This document shows, in pieces, positions 28,751 to 39,106 of a stretch of 64,000 nucleotides of DNA (position 1 is the stretch's first letter; every line of letters begins with the position of its first letter). Both the position numbers and the translations under genes were made by a program. Location: the NCBI GenBank assembly GCA_020637365.1, contig JACJWE010000001.1:137208-201207 (forward strand). Reading direction: 5' to 3'. Origin of the DNA: Acidimicrobiia bacterium (GTDB lineage: Bacteria; Actinomycetota; Acidimicrobiia; IMCC26256; JAGNEX01). Under the pieces are notes generated by a model, which made no database searches, was not told where the DNA came from, and saw only the letters and a list, made by a program, of their open reading frames with translations.

Positions 28751-30357
28751 GCGACAACTTCACGGCGGTCGACAGCGGTACCGGCTCGCGTCGGGGCGCC
28801 GAGACGGGACACATCCCATAAGGCTTCCCGATACGCGTCGAGATGGCGGCGGGCGGTGTACTTGCGTTTGACTCGATTGAAGCCTCGGATGCCCATTTCT
28901 TCGGCCATGTCAGGAAACTCGAGCAGGGTGCATACCGCATTTGCGAGACCGTGGACGTCACCGGGTTGCGTGGTGAGCCCACATCCGTGGATGACGTCGG
29001 CGACGCCGCCAACCCCGGTCGAAACGATCGGCCGTGCCTCGCTCATCGCTTCCAGCAAGGTCATCGGGAGGCCTTCTGAAATGGACGTCATCAAGACAAC
29101 ATCGGCGGCGCGCAAGGCCCGTTCAGGCTCTTCGGTTGAACCCATGAACCGAAATCGAGGCCCCAGATTGAGGGACCGATAGACCATTTGCACGGACCGC
29201 GCATACTCCTCTTGCGCTTCGCCGATCGGGCCGTAGTGCAAAAACTGCGTGTTCGGCCGTTCTTTGAGCACCGCTTCGGCGACACGCAACAGGGTGTGGA
29301 CGTCCTTGAGGGGATCGATGCGTCCCACCGACACGACCACATCGTGGCGAGGCAAGGGTGTGGGCTCGTCAGGGTTGCGCACACCGTTGGGGATCGTCCT
29401 GATCTTGTCAGGATTGACGTCGAATGCGCGTTCCCACTGGGTGTGAGCTGGAGTGACGGGTGCGATCAGATCCGCGACCGCATATGCGGTCCGGGTGAGT
29501 CCGCGCGCGAGGCGTGACGTGATGAAACGTCGTCCGGGGGTGGCGTTGGTCGACATCGCCCCCAGATATGCCTCGCGCACGTAGAGCCCGTGCTCGGTCA
29601 ACAGGACCGGGGTGCCGCGATCGGCCTTCTCGGCTATTGCTGGCAGCGACGCCCACCCTGCGGCGGTGAGGTGCATGACATCGGTCTTGGGCAGGGGCAT
29701 CGCTCCGCAACGAGCGACCCAGTAGAGCGTTTGGTACAGCTCACTCGCTTCGGGAATGTCCATCTCGGGCATTGCGTGGGCGTCGGGAACCGATTCGACT
29801 CTGAGTTCCTCGAGCGCCGCAAGAAAGCTGTCCCAACCCACCGAAGCCCGGAACGAGTGGCGTATCGCCGTCGGATTTTGACGGCACCACAACAGAGGAT
29901 CTTTCAGGGTCGCCGGATTCGCGTCCCATGCCAAGAGCCCTCGCAGTAACTCGCCGGGGAGGTCATCGCGGCGCGTGCGAGAACTCGATCGGGCGCCGAC
30001 GGTTCGGATCCGCGAATCCGACCAGAGTTCGAGCGATTTCATCAGGCGCACATTGGGCGGAATGTGGAAGATCCGCTTGCGAAGCGTGTCACCGCCGACG
30101 ATTGGCAAGAGGATCCAGTCAACATCGGACAACCCGCCGACGAGCTGATCACACCAGGAACTGACTCCGCCGACCACAAAGGGATAGGTGCCTTCGGTCA
30201 CCATCAACACACGCAGCTGTTGACCCTGCGCCCCGTGCCTCGCAGTCTGGTCGAGCGTGGCCTCCCGCGGACGCGAACCACGAGATCTGGTGGTTTGACT
30301 TGCGCTACGGCGTACGGATCGGTCGGCCGGCGGCGTAGGTCGACGGGCTGGGCTCAC
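28747..30357 (-). CDS. PelF-like GT4 glycosyltransferase (DUF3492 N-domain plus Glycos_transf_1)
   Basis: 'VLMVTEGTYPFVVGGVSSWCDQLVGGL' matches the PelF N-terminal signature, and the C-terminal 'EGLPMTLLEAMSEARPIVSTGVGGVADV' is the GT4 E-x7-E motif. The GTG at 30357 overlaps the upstream stop (GTGA). Confidence 0.85.
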   Translation of the reverse strand: MSPARRPTPPADRSVRRSASQTTRSRGSRPREATLDQTARHGAQGQQLRVLMVTEGTYPFVVGGVSSWCDQLVGGLSDVDWILLPIVGGDTLRKRIFHIPPNVRLMKSLELWSDSRIRTVGARSSSRTRRDDLPGELLRGLLAWDANPATLKDPLLWCRQNPTAIRHSFRASVGWDSFLAALEELRVESVPDAHAMPEMDIPEASELYQTLYWVARCGAMPLPKTDVMHLTAAGWASLPAIAEKADRGTPVLLTEHGLYVREAYLGAMSTNATPGRRFITSRLARGLTRTAYAVADLIAPVTPAHTQWERAFDVNPDKIRTIPNGVRNPDEPTPLPRHDVVVSVGRIDPLKDVHTLLRVAEAVLKERPNTQFLHYGPIGEAQEEYARSVQMVYRSLNLGPRFRFMGSTEEPERALRAADVVLMTSISEGLPMTLLEAMSEARPIVSTGVGGVADVIHGCGLTTQPGDVHGLANAVCTLLEFPDMAEEMGIRGFNRVKRKYTARRHLDAYREALWDVSRLGAPTRAGTAVDRREVVA

Positions 30358-32224
30358 GATGCGACCTTGATCGGCGTCACGGCGTTGCCTTGTGTATCGG
30401 CAAAACCTGAAACCTGTGTCCCGTACTGTTCGAGCCCCTCGACGCCGGTGATGGGGACCCGGAGCTCTTTGTTGGCGGCGTTGACCAGATTCACCTGACC
30501 GTTCTGCAGGAATGCCTCGACATTGCCGGCTTCCAATTGGGCAGCCCACTCGAACTGGTCCGACCGGATGTCAGCGGTGGCGGTGAACTCGGGCTGAGCG
30601 ATCGGCAGCGACGTCATCTCTTGGTAGCGGGCGAGCACGCGGTCGAATACGTCGAAGAACACTCGATCTTCGGCGAGGTTCGATTGATGCAGATAATGGG
30701 GATCAGGGTTGCCGGAGATAAGGATCCGCAGAATTCGGTCGGCTTCCCAATCGGCATACTCGTCGAAGCTAAACGGCTCTTCAAAACATTCCGATACGCA
30801 GCCGTCACCTGAGTAGCGATAGTTGAACTCATCGAGTTGCTCGTCGCGGGTTCCGACGTCGTAGTACAGGTTCATCGGCCAGCGGGGTACCGTGCGCGAG
30901 TTGCCAATGAGTTGGGATGGTTCCCCGGCGATGGAGTGGTCCGAGGCCACGACCAAAATGTCGTTGTCGGCGAGTGCCTGAGGAAGCCCAGGATTGCGGA
31001 GTCCTGAATGCTCACCGGTCACCAACTCGGTTTCGAGGATCGGAATGCCCTGGTCCCTGGCGAATGTGATGTTCTTGGCGATCTCTTGGTCGAGTTGTTC
31101 GGGAGTTGCGTTGTCGAGGTTGAGATGGCTGTAGGTGTGGTTGATCCAGCGGAACTTGTCTTTGATCGCGAGTAGGGCCGGTAGGAGCGGGTCGCTACCT
31201 GTCTCCGCAACCCACAATTCGGTCCCGTAGCCGTTAAAGACGAAGTCGAGGAGGACGCCGGTCTGGCCGCTCCAATCCGCGGCGAACTGGGCGTCTTCGG
31301 GGGTCATCCGGATAGGGATATCGCTTTCGGTATTGGTCTCGTGGTGGCCGGGTCCCATCGGTGATTTGGCAACAAGATGTCGTCGAAGTGCAGCGACAGA
31401 TAGTTGCGCTTGAACCCGAGATGGACGCCCTTGGTCACCCAGCTCAACATCGCGGGGATCAGCACCTCGGCATGTTCGCTGACCTCGCTCGAGTCAAACG
31501 TGCCGATCATCTCTTCGCGTCCATCGTCGTAGGTCCGCACGCCGAGCAGCGTCGAATCCTGCGGGCCGGTCAGCAGCGGTGTCACGTCCTGAGCCTTGGC
31601 GAGGTAGACCCAAGCCTGGTTGTCGATCGGCAGCGTATCGGCGGTGCCGGGAAGCGCAGTCGTGCCTTCGGGAGTCACGGTCGCGACCAAACCGTCCATT
31701 GGACCGCTTGGATCCGACAGGGCCTCTTCAAATCCCCACGACTGGTTGGGGTAGACGTACGCCGTGATGTGGCGGACGCTGAAGGTCTCCTCAAAGGAGA
31801 TGATCGCGCCCTTCTCGTCGTCGTCGAGATCGTCCCACGCTTTGGGAAATCACGACGACGCCGTTGTACATCGCTCGTTGTCCGACGGCGAGACGGTCTG
31901 GTGTCAGCGTGTCACCAGCGGCGACGATGACGTCATAGGGGTGCCCATCTCGTCGAGCATCGAGGTCCATGCGACCGCGTTGGGTTCGTTGCCCGTCTCG
32001 GCGATGATCAGAAGCCGGAGGTCAAGGCTGACGCTGTTCGCATCTCGGCTCGAAGCCGAGACTTCTTCCACGGTCTTGTTGGGGGCGGCAGATGTCGGAG
32101 GCGACGTAATGGCCGAACTGGCGCCGCCGTCTTTTGAGCATGCGCTCAGGGCCATTGCGAGAATCGAAAGCAGCACAAGGGACTTCCACCCGGCGGCAGC
32201 GCGCTTGTTCATGAACACTCTCAT
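30354..32224 (-). pseudogene. Secreted lipoprotein polysaccharide deacetylase (NodB-type, CE4/CE18-like), interrupted by 3 frameshifts
   Basis: Lipobox 'ALSAC', 'HFDDILLPN' and 'NHTYSHLNLD' metal/catalytic motifs. Three ORF fragments (31904-32290, 31304-31699, 30354-31358) join if single bases are changed at homopolymers near 31937, 31850 and 31360. Confidence 0.65.
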
Positions 32225-32364
32225 GGTCGAACGAGTCGGCCCCGCGGATCGGTCCCCTGCAGCAAGGCCCAAAGAGAAGGCAAATATCATCGCGCTGCCC
32301 AGACCCTTCTGTAGGGTCGGAGCATCGCAGTCAGCAATCGGCGCTGGTGTCGGTGCCGGTCGCG

Positions 32365-33195
32365 CTAGCCGCGCCGCGTCGAGGACGTGCGGCGAGGGTC
32401 GCTAGGGCGCGGGCGGTCACCAGATTTGTTTGGTGACGACCTGGGTGCCCGGAGGTCGCCCTGACCGGGCACGGGCTGAGAGCCGTTTACCGGGCCAATC
32501 GGTTTGACGACGGGCGAGCTTGACCCGCCGATCTTGGAAGAGGATCCAGGACTCTGAGCCGGCACTTGGTTCGCTGGCCCGCCTTTGGAAGGTTGCTTTG
32601 GGCCCGGTTGAGGACCAGCCGATGGCTTTGGCTTGGCCGGGGGAGCGAATGCGCCGTTGGTCTGAGCGGGAGCGGCACCGGGTCGGCTCGACTGGGTCGC
32701 GCTGACGCTGGCGCGGGTTGCAGGTGCTGCGGACGAATTCGGACGGGCGAGGTCGGGTCGAATGCTGTCCGCGGTTGACCGAGGCCCAGAACCATTTGAT
32801 TCCGCGCGGGTGGGACGAGGCGCTGCCGCACGTTTGGTCGGTGTGGCCCGGAGACGTTCTTGTAGATCGCCGAGAGCGACCATCGCTTCTTCGGTCACCT
32901 TGCTCAGCGCCCGGCGAAGCATGACGGTTTCGGCTTGGAGTGCAGCGACGTCGTCGCCAGCGTCGGTTTGAACGCGGGCGATCTCGCGGAGTCGAGATGC
33001 CTCATCTTCGGCTCCGTAGACGCCCAAGACCTGCATCTGCAGGCGATGGTTTTCCTCGCGTAGAGCAATATTCTCTGCTCTGAGACGCTCGATTTCACGC
33101 GCCCGCTCGTCCCGTGCTCTGCGTGGACGCGCCCCGTCTGGGAGCTGATCGTCACCGGCAGGCCGTGCGTTTGGCGTCTTGGAAAGTCGTGCCAA
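32365..33195 (-). CDS. Coiled-coil protein with a Pro/Ser/Ala-rich disordered C-terminus
   Basis: 'EIERLRAENIALREENHRLQMQV' heptad-like N-terminus and a low-complexity tail. It is the first gene of the minus-strand exopolysaccharide operon. Confidence 0.5.
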   Translation of the reverse strand: MARLSKTPNARPAGDDQLPDGARPRRARDERAREIERLRAENIALREENHRLQMQVLGVYGAEDEASRLREIARVQTDAGDDVAALQAETVMLRRALSKVTEEAMVALGDLQERLRATPTKRAAAPRPTRAESNGSGPRSTADSIRPDLARPNSSAAPATRASVSATQSSRPGAAPAQTNGAFAPPAKPKPSAGPQPGPKQPSKGGPANQVPAQSPGSSSKIGGSSSPVVKPIGPVNGSQPVPGQGDLRAPRSSPNKSGDRPRPSDPRRTSSTRRG

Positions 33196-33568
33196 CGTGT
33201 CACCCTTCGTTGTCGGCGCCGAGGCTGTGACTCCGCACCGACGTCATCGTATGGCGTCCCCGAGCAACCCAGCACCATCTTGAGGTGAGCGCTGCGGCAT
33301 TGCTGGGATGTCGGTGATGCGAAATTGTGATGTCCGCATGTCGAGATCCGACGCCTCCGTAGCGATGAGAATAGGTCGCGTTGAGAGGGGTGCGGGGTAT
33401 CGACCGCTGAAGAAGTTGCGCGGTTTGCTGAGGCTCTCACCCCAAGTGTGGCCGTTGATACGTTGTGTGGTTTCAGGGAGCGAGTTGGCCCCTGATGCGC
33501 CGAAAGCGGCTTCACGCGGGACTTCGCTGTTTAGTATGCGGTCCGTTCCTGCTGCGTGAGGAGAACCA

Positions 33569-34459
33569 ATGAGTCGAAGTCGCCCGGCCTTGCCCTTCGT
33601 GGCGATCGCGATATTTGTTGCGCTGATGACCGGATGTTCAAGTTCTGGCGACGGTGACGAGGCGAGTGACACGACGGTCGCGGGAATATCCCCGACCGAG
33701 GAGGGGGGTGGCACCTCGGCCGGTCCAGACGCCTCACCCATCGCCGACGGGTGGTGGGAGCCGACGCGAGGCCTTTCGTGGCAGTGGCAGCTGCAAGGCG
33801 AGATCGATACGACCATCGATGCCGATGTGTACGACCTCGACATCACGGGACCCGACGATCAAATCCTCGCGACGCTCAAAGGTCGCGACATCAAGTTGAT
33901 CTGCTACTTCAGCGTCGGTAGTTGGGAAGACTGGCGTCCAGATGCGGCCGATTTTCCCGACGATGTGCTTGGAAACGAGAACGGCTGGCCTGGTGAGCGC
34001 TGGCTGGACATCAGCAACCTGGATGCGCTGCGACCGATCTATCAGGAGCGGATCGACACCTGTGCAGAGCGTGGGTATGACGCCATCGAACCCGATAACA
34101 CAGACGGCTACAGCCACGACACCGGCTTTGACATCACCGAGGATGATTCGATCGCGCTGCTGAACATGCTCGCGGATATGGCGCACCGCAAGGGTCTTGG
34201 CATCGCACTGAAGAATTCGCCGGTCCTGGTCGAGCGTCTGGCCGACACGGTCGACTTCGCCGTTGTCGAGCAATGCGTCTTTTATGAAGAGTGCCACTAT
34301 TGGGACCCACTGCTCGATGCTGGAAAGGCCGTGTTCCTGGCTGAGTACCAGGTCGAACCCGAGAAGTTCTGTCCCCAAACCGAGCCGGTAGGTATCAGCG
34401 CGATCTACAAAGATCAGATGCTCGATGCGGCCGTTCGATACTGCCCGGGTCAGCCCTGA
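33569..34459 (+). CDS. GH114-family endo-alpha-1,4-polygalactosaminidase lipoprotein
   Basis: Lipobox 'LMTGC'. 'WQWQLQGEID...VYDLD...KLICYFSVGSWEDWRPD...GERWLD...GYDAIEPDNTDGY...GLGIALKN...FAVVEQCVFYEEC' is the family signature. Confidence 0.85.
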   Translation: MSRSRPALPFVAIAIFVALMTGCSSSGDGDEASDTTVAGISPTEEGGGTSAGPDASPIADGWWEPTRGLSWQWQLQGEIDTTIDADVYDLDITGPDDQILATLKGRDIKLICYFSVGSWEDWRPDAADFPDDVLGNENGWPGERWLDISNLDALRPIYQERIDTCAERGYDAIEPDNTDGYSHDTGFDITEDDSIALLNMLADMAHRKGLGIALKNSPVLVERLADTVDFAVVEQCVFYEECHYWDPLLDAGKAVFLAEYQVEPEKFCPQTEPVGISAIYKDQMLDAAVRYCPGQP

Positions 34460-35274
34460 TGGTCAGGTTCCCGACAGGAGACATCCTCGCAGAGCCTCCC
34501 AAACCCAAGGGTCCGAGCTATCCCAAGGTCCCGGCGGTCCCGGGCACGATCGTCGAGCACCGCCGCTCCGGGTTTCAGGGCATCATCATCGACACCTTCG
34601 ATGACGGGGTCACGATCAAAGACCGCGACGGCAAACAACGGATCTTGCGCATGGACCCCGGAGCATTCAGGGTCGATGGACAGGTTGTTTCCATCGTGCC
34701 AGCGCCGAGCCGTGCTCAGGCCGCACCGGTCACAACCGCATCTGGATCGACCGCCGTCAAAGACGTCAAAGCAAGGGTCGCGAGAGCGAGCCGCATTTAT
34801 GTGGAAGGAAAACACGACGCCGAACTCGTCGAACGGGTCTGGGGTGACGACCTGCGGATCGAAGGCATCGTGGTGTTGCCCATGGACGGCGCCGACGATC
34901 TAGGTCTGCTGGTCAGGAAGTTTCAACCCGGACCAGGGAGACGCTTGGGTGTCTTGTTGGACCACCTCGTCAGCGGATCCAAAGAATCTCGCATCGCCGC
35001 AGAGATTGACAACGCGGACGTCTTGATTACCGGCCATCGTTTTGTCGATGTGTGGGCCGCCATCCGACCCGACCGGGTGGGGCTCCCGCCGTGGCCGGAT
35101 GTGCCTCGCGGTACGCCCTGGAAGGAAGGTGTTTGTCAAGCGCTGGGTGTTGCCGACCCCGCAAGCTTTTGGCGTCACCTCCTCGGACGCGTGTCAACCT
35201 ACGCCGATCTGCACCCCGACCTGGTGGGTGCAGTCGAGCAGCTGATCGACTTCGTCACGGTCCCCGAAGGCTGA
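34459..35274 (+). CDS. DUF3097-family protein (conserved actinobacterial)
   Basis: 'IYVEGKHDAELVERVWGDDLRIEGIVVLPMDGADDL' is the characteristic motif. Confidence 0.7.
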   Translation: MVRFPTGDILAEPPKPKGPSYPKVPAVPGTIVEHRRSGFQGIIIDTFDDGVTIKDRDGKQRILRMDPGAFRVDGQVVSIVPAPSRAQAAPVTTASGSTAVKDVKARVARASRIYVEGKHDAELVERVWGDDLRIEGIVVLPMDGADDLGLLVRKFQPGPGRRLGVLLDHLVSGSKESRIAAEIDNADVLITGHRFVDVWAAIRPDRVGLPPWPDVPRGTPWKEGVCQALGVADPASFWRHLLGRVSTYADLHPDLVGAVEQLIDFVTVPEG

Positions 35275-35478
35275 ATGGCAGCGCTGATCGGTGCCTGATT
35301 TGCTGGCACGAAAATTTTTCTAAATGACACTCAAGTAACTCGCCGATTCTGCCGAAGGGCACCTCAAGGAGGTTCCTTGAGGCCTCCTGCTGGTCGTTGG
35401 TATCCCGCTACACCACGACAATCCGGAGGTCGAACATGTTGAGCCCGCGCCACTTCCCCCAGGCCGCCCCTGCGGCTG

Positions 35479-36680
35479 TTGAGGGGGCGGCCGGTGCTGG
35501 CGCTTGTGCTCGCGTTGCTGACAGCGCTGGTCTTCGCGTCGGTCGCATCGGGGCGCGCCGGAGCCGGTACGGCAACCGCGACGCGCTCGATCTCGGGTGA
35601 GATCGTGTTGACCTCGGATGGCAGGAGTCAACTGGCGCAAAGGGTTTGGGTGTCGGTCGCGACGTTGAGCGGCGTGGAAGTCGCCCGGGTGCGTGTCCAC
35701 CGATGGAACGTTTCGGGTCGTCGGACTGGAACCAGACCGTTACCGCGTCGCTTTTGTGATGCCGGCGTTGGACGTGACGTCCGTGATCGACGATGGCGAC
35801 TCCGCCGCGATGGCACCACCATCGTCGACGTGCGACAACGCTCGGTCAGCTCTGCTCGGCACCGAATTTCAAGTTCGTCCGACGGGTTCGGTGACAGCGA
35901 TTGGGGGTCGGTGTGGATCGACGTGAACGGCAATGATTCCGCTGATGCGGACGACAGACCAGCGGTGGGTTCGTGGATCATTCTCGAAGACGGTGCCGGT
36001 AAGGAATTGGACCGCACAATCACCGACGACTCAGGGCGGTTTGTGATGCACGACACCTGTGTGTGTCGCACGACCGACCCGCAGCTGTGGCTGCGCGTCA
36101 TCGCCCGCGACGCTGCCGCGTCGGGAAGAACGGCGGTGCCCGTCGGGTCGATGAGCATGACAGCCGCCATTCCCCTCGTGCCGAACCCGGAGCCGACGAC
36201 CACGACCGCATCGTCCTCGACGCTGCCGACGGTTCGGACTCGGAACTCGCCACCGGTCGACACGGTCGACTCCGGCGCGGTGACGACGACAAGCTCCACC
36301 GTGACTGCAGTAAGCGCAGCCGACCGGCAAACGACCACCACTCAGGGCACTGTTGCCCAGTCGACCTCGACGCTGGCCAGTCGGGTCAAAGATCAACTTC
36401 CGACGGAATGGCTCGTGGGTTCGCCGCCAGCCACGACGACTGTTCGCGTGCCATCTTCGACGACGACCACGGTCTTTTGGGAGAAGCAATCCAAACCTTG
36501 TCGGCGTCCTCGACCCCGCTGATCAGCGATCCCGGCAGCAAACGCGATATCGCTGCGGTCCTCTTGGTGATCGTGGCACTTGGCGGTCTCTGTGGACTCA
36601 TGCTGGTGGTCTCAGGATCGCGGCTCAACGGTACCGAATCCGAGGACCCAGACGATGTGTTCCCATTCCGAACTGAATAG
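35479..36680 (+). pseudogene. Secreted Thr-rich surface protein with SdrD/Cna-B-like repeats and a C-terminal TM anchor, at least 3 frameshifts
   Basis: Signal peptide 'LALVLALLTALVFASVASG'. 'TDGTFRVVGLEPDRYRVAF' lies in another frame (35693-35926), 'WIDVNGNDSADADDRP...DDSGRF' follows, and the TM tail 'IAAVLLVIVALGGLCGLMLVV' lies in a third frame. Confidence 0.5.
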
Positions 36681-36737
36681 CACGTTCTTTCCTCAGCGCG
36701 CTGACAGCGCATGCCGCTAAAGCTGCCATCACATCGC

Positions 36738-37640
36738 TCAGGTCGAGATGGCGTCGTTCGGAAGCGGGCCGGCCCTTCGGGTCAGATGAACCTCGGGTTG
36801 TCCGGTGAACGCCAAACGCGTCGCCGCAACGGCACAGATGACGGCACCGACCATGTGGAGCCAGACCAGACCCACGGGGACCCCGGTGAAGTATTGGATA
36901 TAACCCACGATGCCCTGCGCTGTGAGTACGGCGGCGACGGTTAACGCTGCGGAACGCACCGCCCTGTGACGATTTCGAGAGGTGATTGCCGCAGCGATGA
37001 GTGACAGCCATGCCAGGACGCTGTGCACCCGAGCGACGCTCGATACGTCGAGGGCGAAACGGGGGACGTCCTCTTCACCGCCATGTGGCCCTGAACCCGT
37101 CACGACGGCCCCCGCAAAGACGGTCACAGTTACCAACGTCGCGACGGTGAGCACCCAGGGGTTCTTCGAGAGTGTCGGAGCTTCCGACCGAGGCACCGCA
37201 CGGCACTGAAACGCCGCTGCGAGCACCAACGTCGCCATTCCCAGGATCATGTGACCCATCACGATCTGCGGCGCAAGACCGCTCCACACCGTGATCGCAC
37301 CGAGTACAACCTCGGCCATGATGACGCCGAACATCCCAAACAGCAGGTAGCGCAGGTCTTGCCGACCTTTGAACTTCGTGAGGACCAGGCGGGTGGCCAT
37401 AGCGACGGGAACGACGATGATGATCGAAATGAAACGGTTGATCTGCTCGATCATGCCGTGGATCGTCAGTTCAGAAACGATGCGTTGTTCGGTGCAATTC
37501 GGCCAGTCTGGGCAGCCCAGGCCCGAACCGGTTAATCGAACAGTGGCGCCCGAAACGATGATTGCTGCCATCGCTCCGAGGACCCACCAGCTGAGGGTCC
37601 TCAGCCGCTCGTAGTCGGCCTTGCTTGCTGTTTCGGTCAT
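36738..37640 (-). CDS. ctaA: Heme A synthase (COX15/CtaA)
   Basis: 'GATVRLTGSGLGCPDWPNC' and multiple TM segments with conserved His. The ATG at 37640 is preferred. Confidence 0.85.
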   Translation of the reverse strand: MTETASKADYERLRTLSWWVLGAMAAIIVSGATVRLTGSGLGCPDWPNCTEQRIVSELTIHGMIEQINRFISIIIVVPVAMATRLVLTKFKGRQDLRYLLFGMFGVIMAEVVLGAITVWSGLAPQIVMGHMILGMATLVLAAAFQCRAVPRSEAPTLSKNPWVLTVATLVTVTVFAGAVVTGSGPHGGEEDVPRFALDVSSVARVHSVLAWLSLIAAAITSRNRHRAVRSAALTVAAVLTAQGIVGYIQYFTGVPVGLVWLHMVGAVICAVAATRLAFTGQPEVHLTRRAGPLPNDAIST

Positions 37641-38212
37641 GTCCAGCCCATACCTTCGTCGACGGAGAGTCGTTGTTGTACAGCGGTCGCCGCAGCCCGG
37701 GCACGGAGGTCGGCGGCTTCGTTGCGTTCGTGTCCAGCGTGGCCTCGAACCCATTTGAAGGTGACGTTGCGGCCGGTGAGCTCCCGATCGATAGAAACGA
37801 TCAGGTCTCTATTGGCGACGGGTTTTCCCGCCGAGGTCTTCCACCCGCGGCGGCGCCAGTTATGAATCCAGCTGGTCAGGGCATCGATGGCGTATTTGGA
37901 ATCCGATTCGATGTGTAGCGTGGCGTCGCGTGGCAGCGAACGTAGCGCTTCAAGTACCGCCTGGAGTTCCATCTGGTTGTTGGTCGTGGAGACGCTTGCG
38001 CCAGCTTGCCATCGGTGTGAATCGACATACCACGCCCACCCGCCGGGCCCTGGGTTGCCCAGGCAGCTGCCATCGGTCGCGACCACGATTCGTGACGCGG
38101 GTGTACCTTCCTCGGCAGCAAAAAGTGCGTCTTGTCCGTTCACGCCTCCGATGGTATGCCCCACCTGAGACCGACTTCGCACGCCGGTGCGGAGATGAGT
38201 TGCGCGCTGCAT
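37637..38212 (-). CDS. rnhA: Ribonuclease HI
   Basis: 'VATDGSCLGNPGPGGWAW...TNNQMELQAVLEAL...ESDSKY...WVRGHAGHERNEAADLRA'. The stop overlaps the ctaA start (ATGA). The start is uncertain (38212 or 38143). Confidence 0.88.
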   Translation of the reverse strand: MQRATHLRTGVRSRSQVGHTIGGVNGQDALFAAEEGTPASRIVVATDGSCLGNPGPGGWAWYVDSHRWQAGASVSTTNNQMELQAVLEALRSLPRDATLHIESDSKYAIDALTSWIHNWRRRGWKTSAGKPVANRDLIVSIDRELTGRNVTFKWVRGHAGHERNEAADLRARAAATAVQQRLSVDEGMGWT

Positions 38213-38359
38213 TCTGGCGGTGGAGCTGGGTGTCGCCACGGAGCGGCCTCCATCCGGTGCGGGCGCGGTTTGGCTCACCCTCGGTGGGAGCATGAAACTG
38301 CCGTCAGGTGTCGACGGCGGGCGGCTGCGCGCAGGCGTGAGTGACGTGAAAGCGGACGT

Positions 38360-38794
38360 ATGGAACTTGAGCTGGTCAGATTGGACCCCGAACTCCCCCT
38401 GCCGGGTGCAGCGCATCCGGGTGATGCGGGGATCGACCTCTATGCCCGAGACGGCACCACCGTCGGGCGGGGAGGGGGGCGTCAGTTGATCGCGACGGGA
38501 CTTGCGCTCGCGATTCCTCTCGGTTTCGCCGGCTTCATCCAGCCTCGGTCCGGCCTGGCCCTCAAACACGGCATCACCGTCTTGAACACGCCGGGGCTCA
38601 TCGACTCTGGCTACAGAGATGAGCTCAAGGTCATCGTGCTCAATACCGACCCGGATAGCGACTACGTGGTTGAACGGGGTGACCGCATTGCTCAGCTGGT
38701 TATTCAGCGAGTGGAAACCGTGTCGCTAGTAGTTGTCGATTCGTTGTCTGAAAGTACCCGTGACCAGGGAGGTTTCGGCTCGACGGGGCGATAA
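38360..38794 (+). CDS. dut: dUTP diphosphatase
   Basis: 'GDAGIDLYA', 'NTPGLIDSGYRDELKVIVLN', 'RIAQLVIQ', 'GGFGSTG'. Confidence 0.95.
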   Translation: MELELVRLDPELPLPGAAHPGDAGIDLYARDGTTVGRGGGRQLIATGLALAIPLGFAGFIQPRSGLALKHGITVLNTPGLIDSGYRDELKVIVLNTDPDSDYVVERGDRIAQLVIQRVETVSLVVVDSLSESTRDQGGFGSTGR

Positions 38795-38882
38795 GGCCGT
38801 CGCGGTTGGTCGTGGAGCGGGCGAGTCGAATCGACTCCTTTCGGCTCAGGGGGTTCCGGGTGCTAGGATGTCCTCCGCTTAC

Positions 38883-38955
38883 GCGGACGTGGCTCAGCTG
38901 GTAGAGCATCACCTTGCCAAGGTGAGGGTCGCGGGTTCGAATCCCGTCGTCCGCT
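38883..38955 (+). tRNA. tRNA-Gly (anticodon GCC)
   Basis: Folded by hand into a cloverleaf: acceptor gcggacg/cgtccgc, anticodon loop ttGCCaa, T-loop ttcgaat, 73 nt, no encoded CCA. Confidence 0.93.
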
Positions 38956-38975
38956 CAACGGGCCGAAATGGTCAC

Positions 38976-39020
38976 AAAAGTCGGGCGTTTCCCTCTGCGG
39001 GACGCCCGACTTTTGTTTTT
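38976..39020 (+). terminator. Rho-independent terminator
   Basis: Stem agtcgggcgt/acgcccgact followed by ttttgttttt. Confidence 0.8.
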
Positions 39021-39106
39021 ATGTGTCGCGCCGTGACGCCCCATTTTCACGACGGTCGCCCCCGGGTCGGTCGCGACGTTTTGTGTTGTGAAAGGCTTGG
39101 GCCCCG

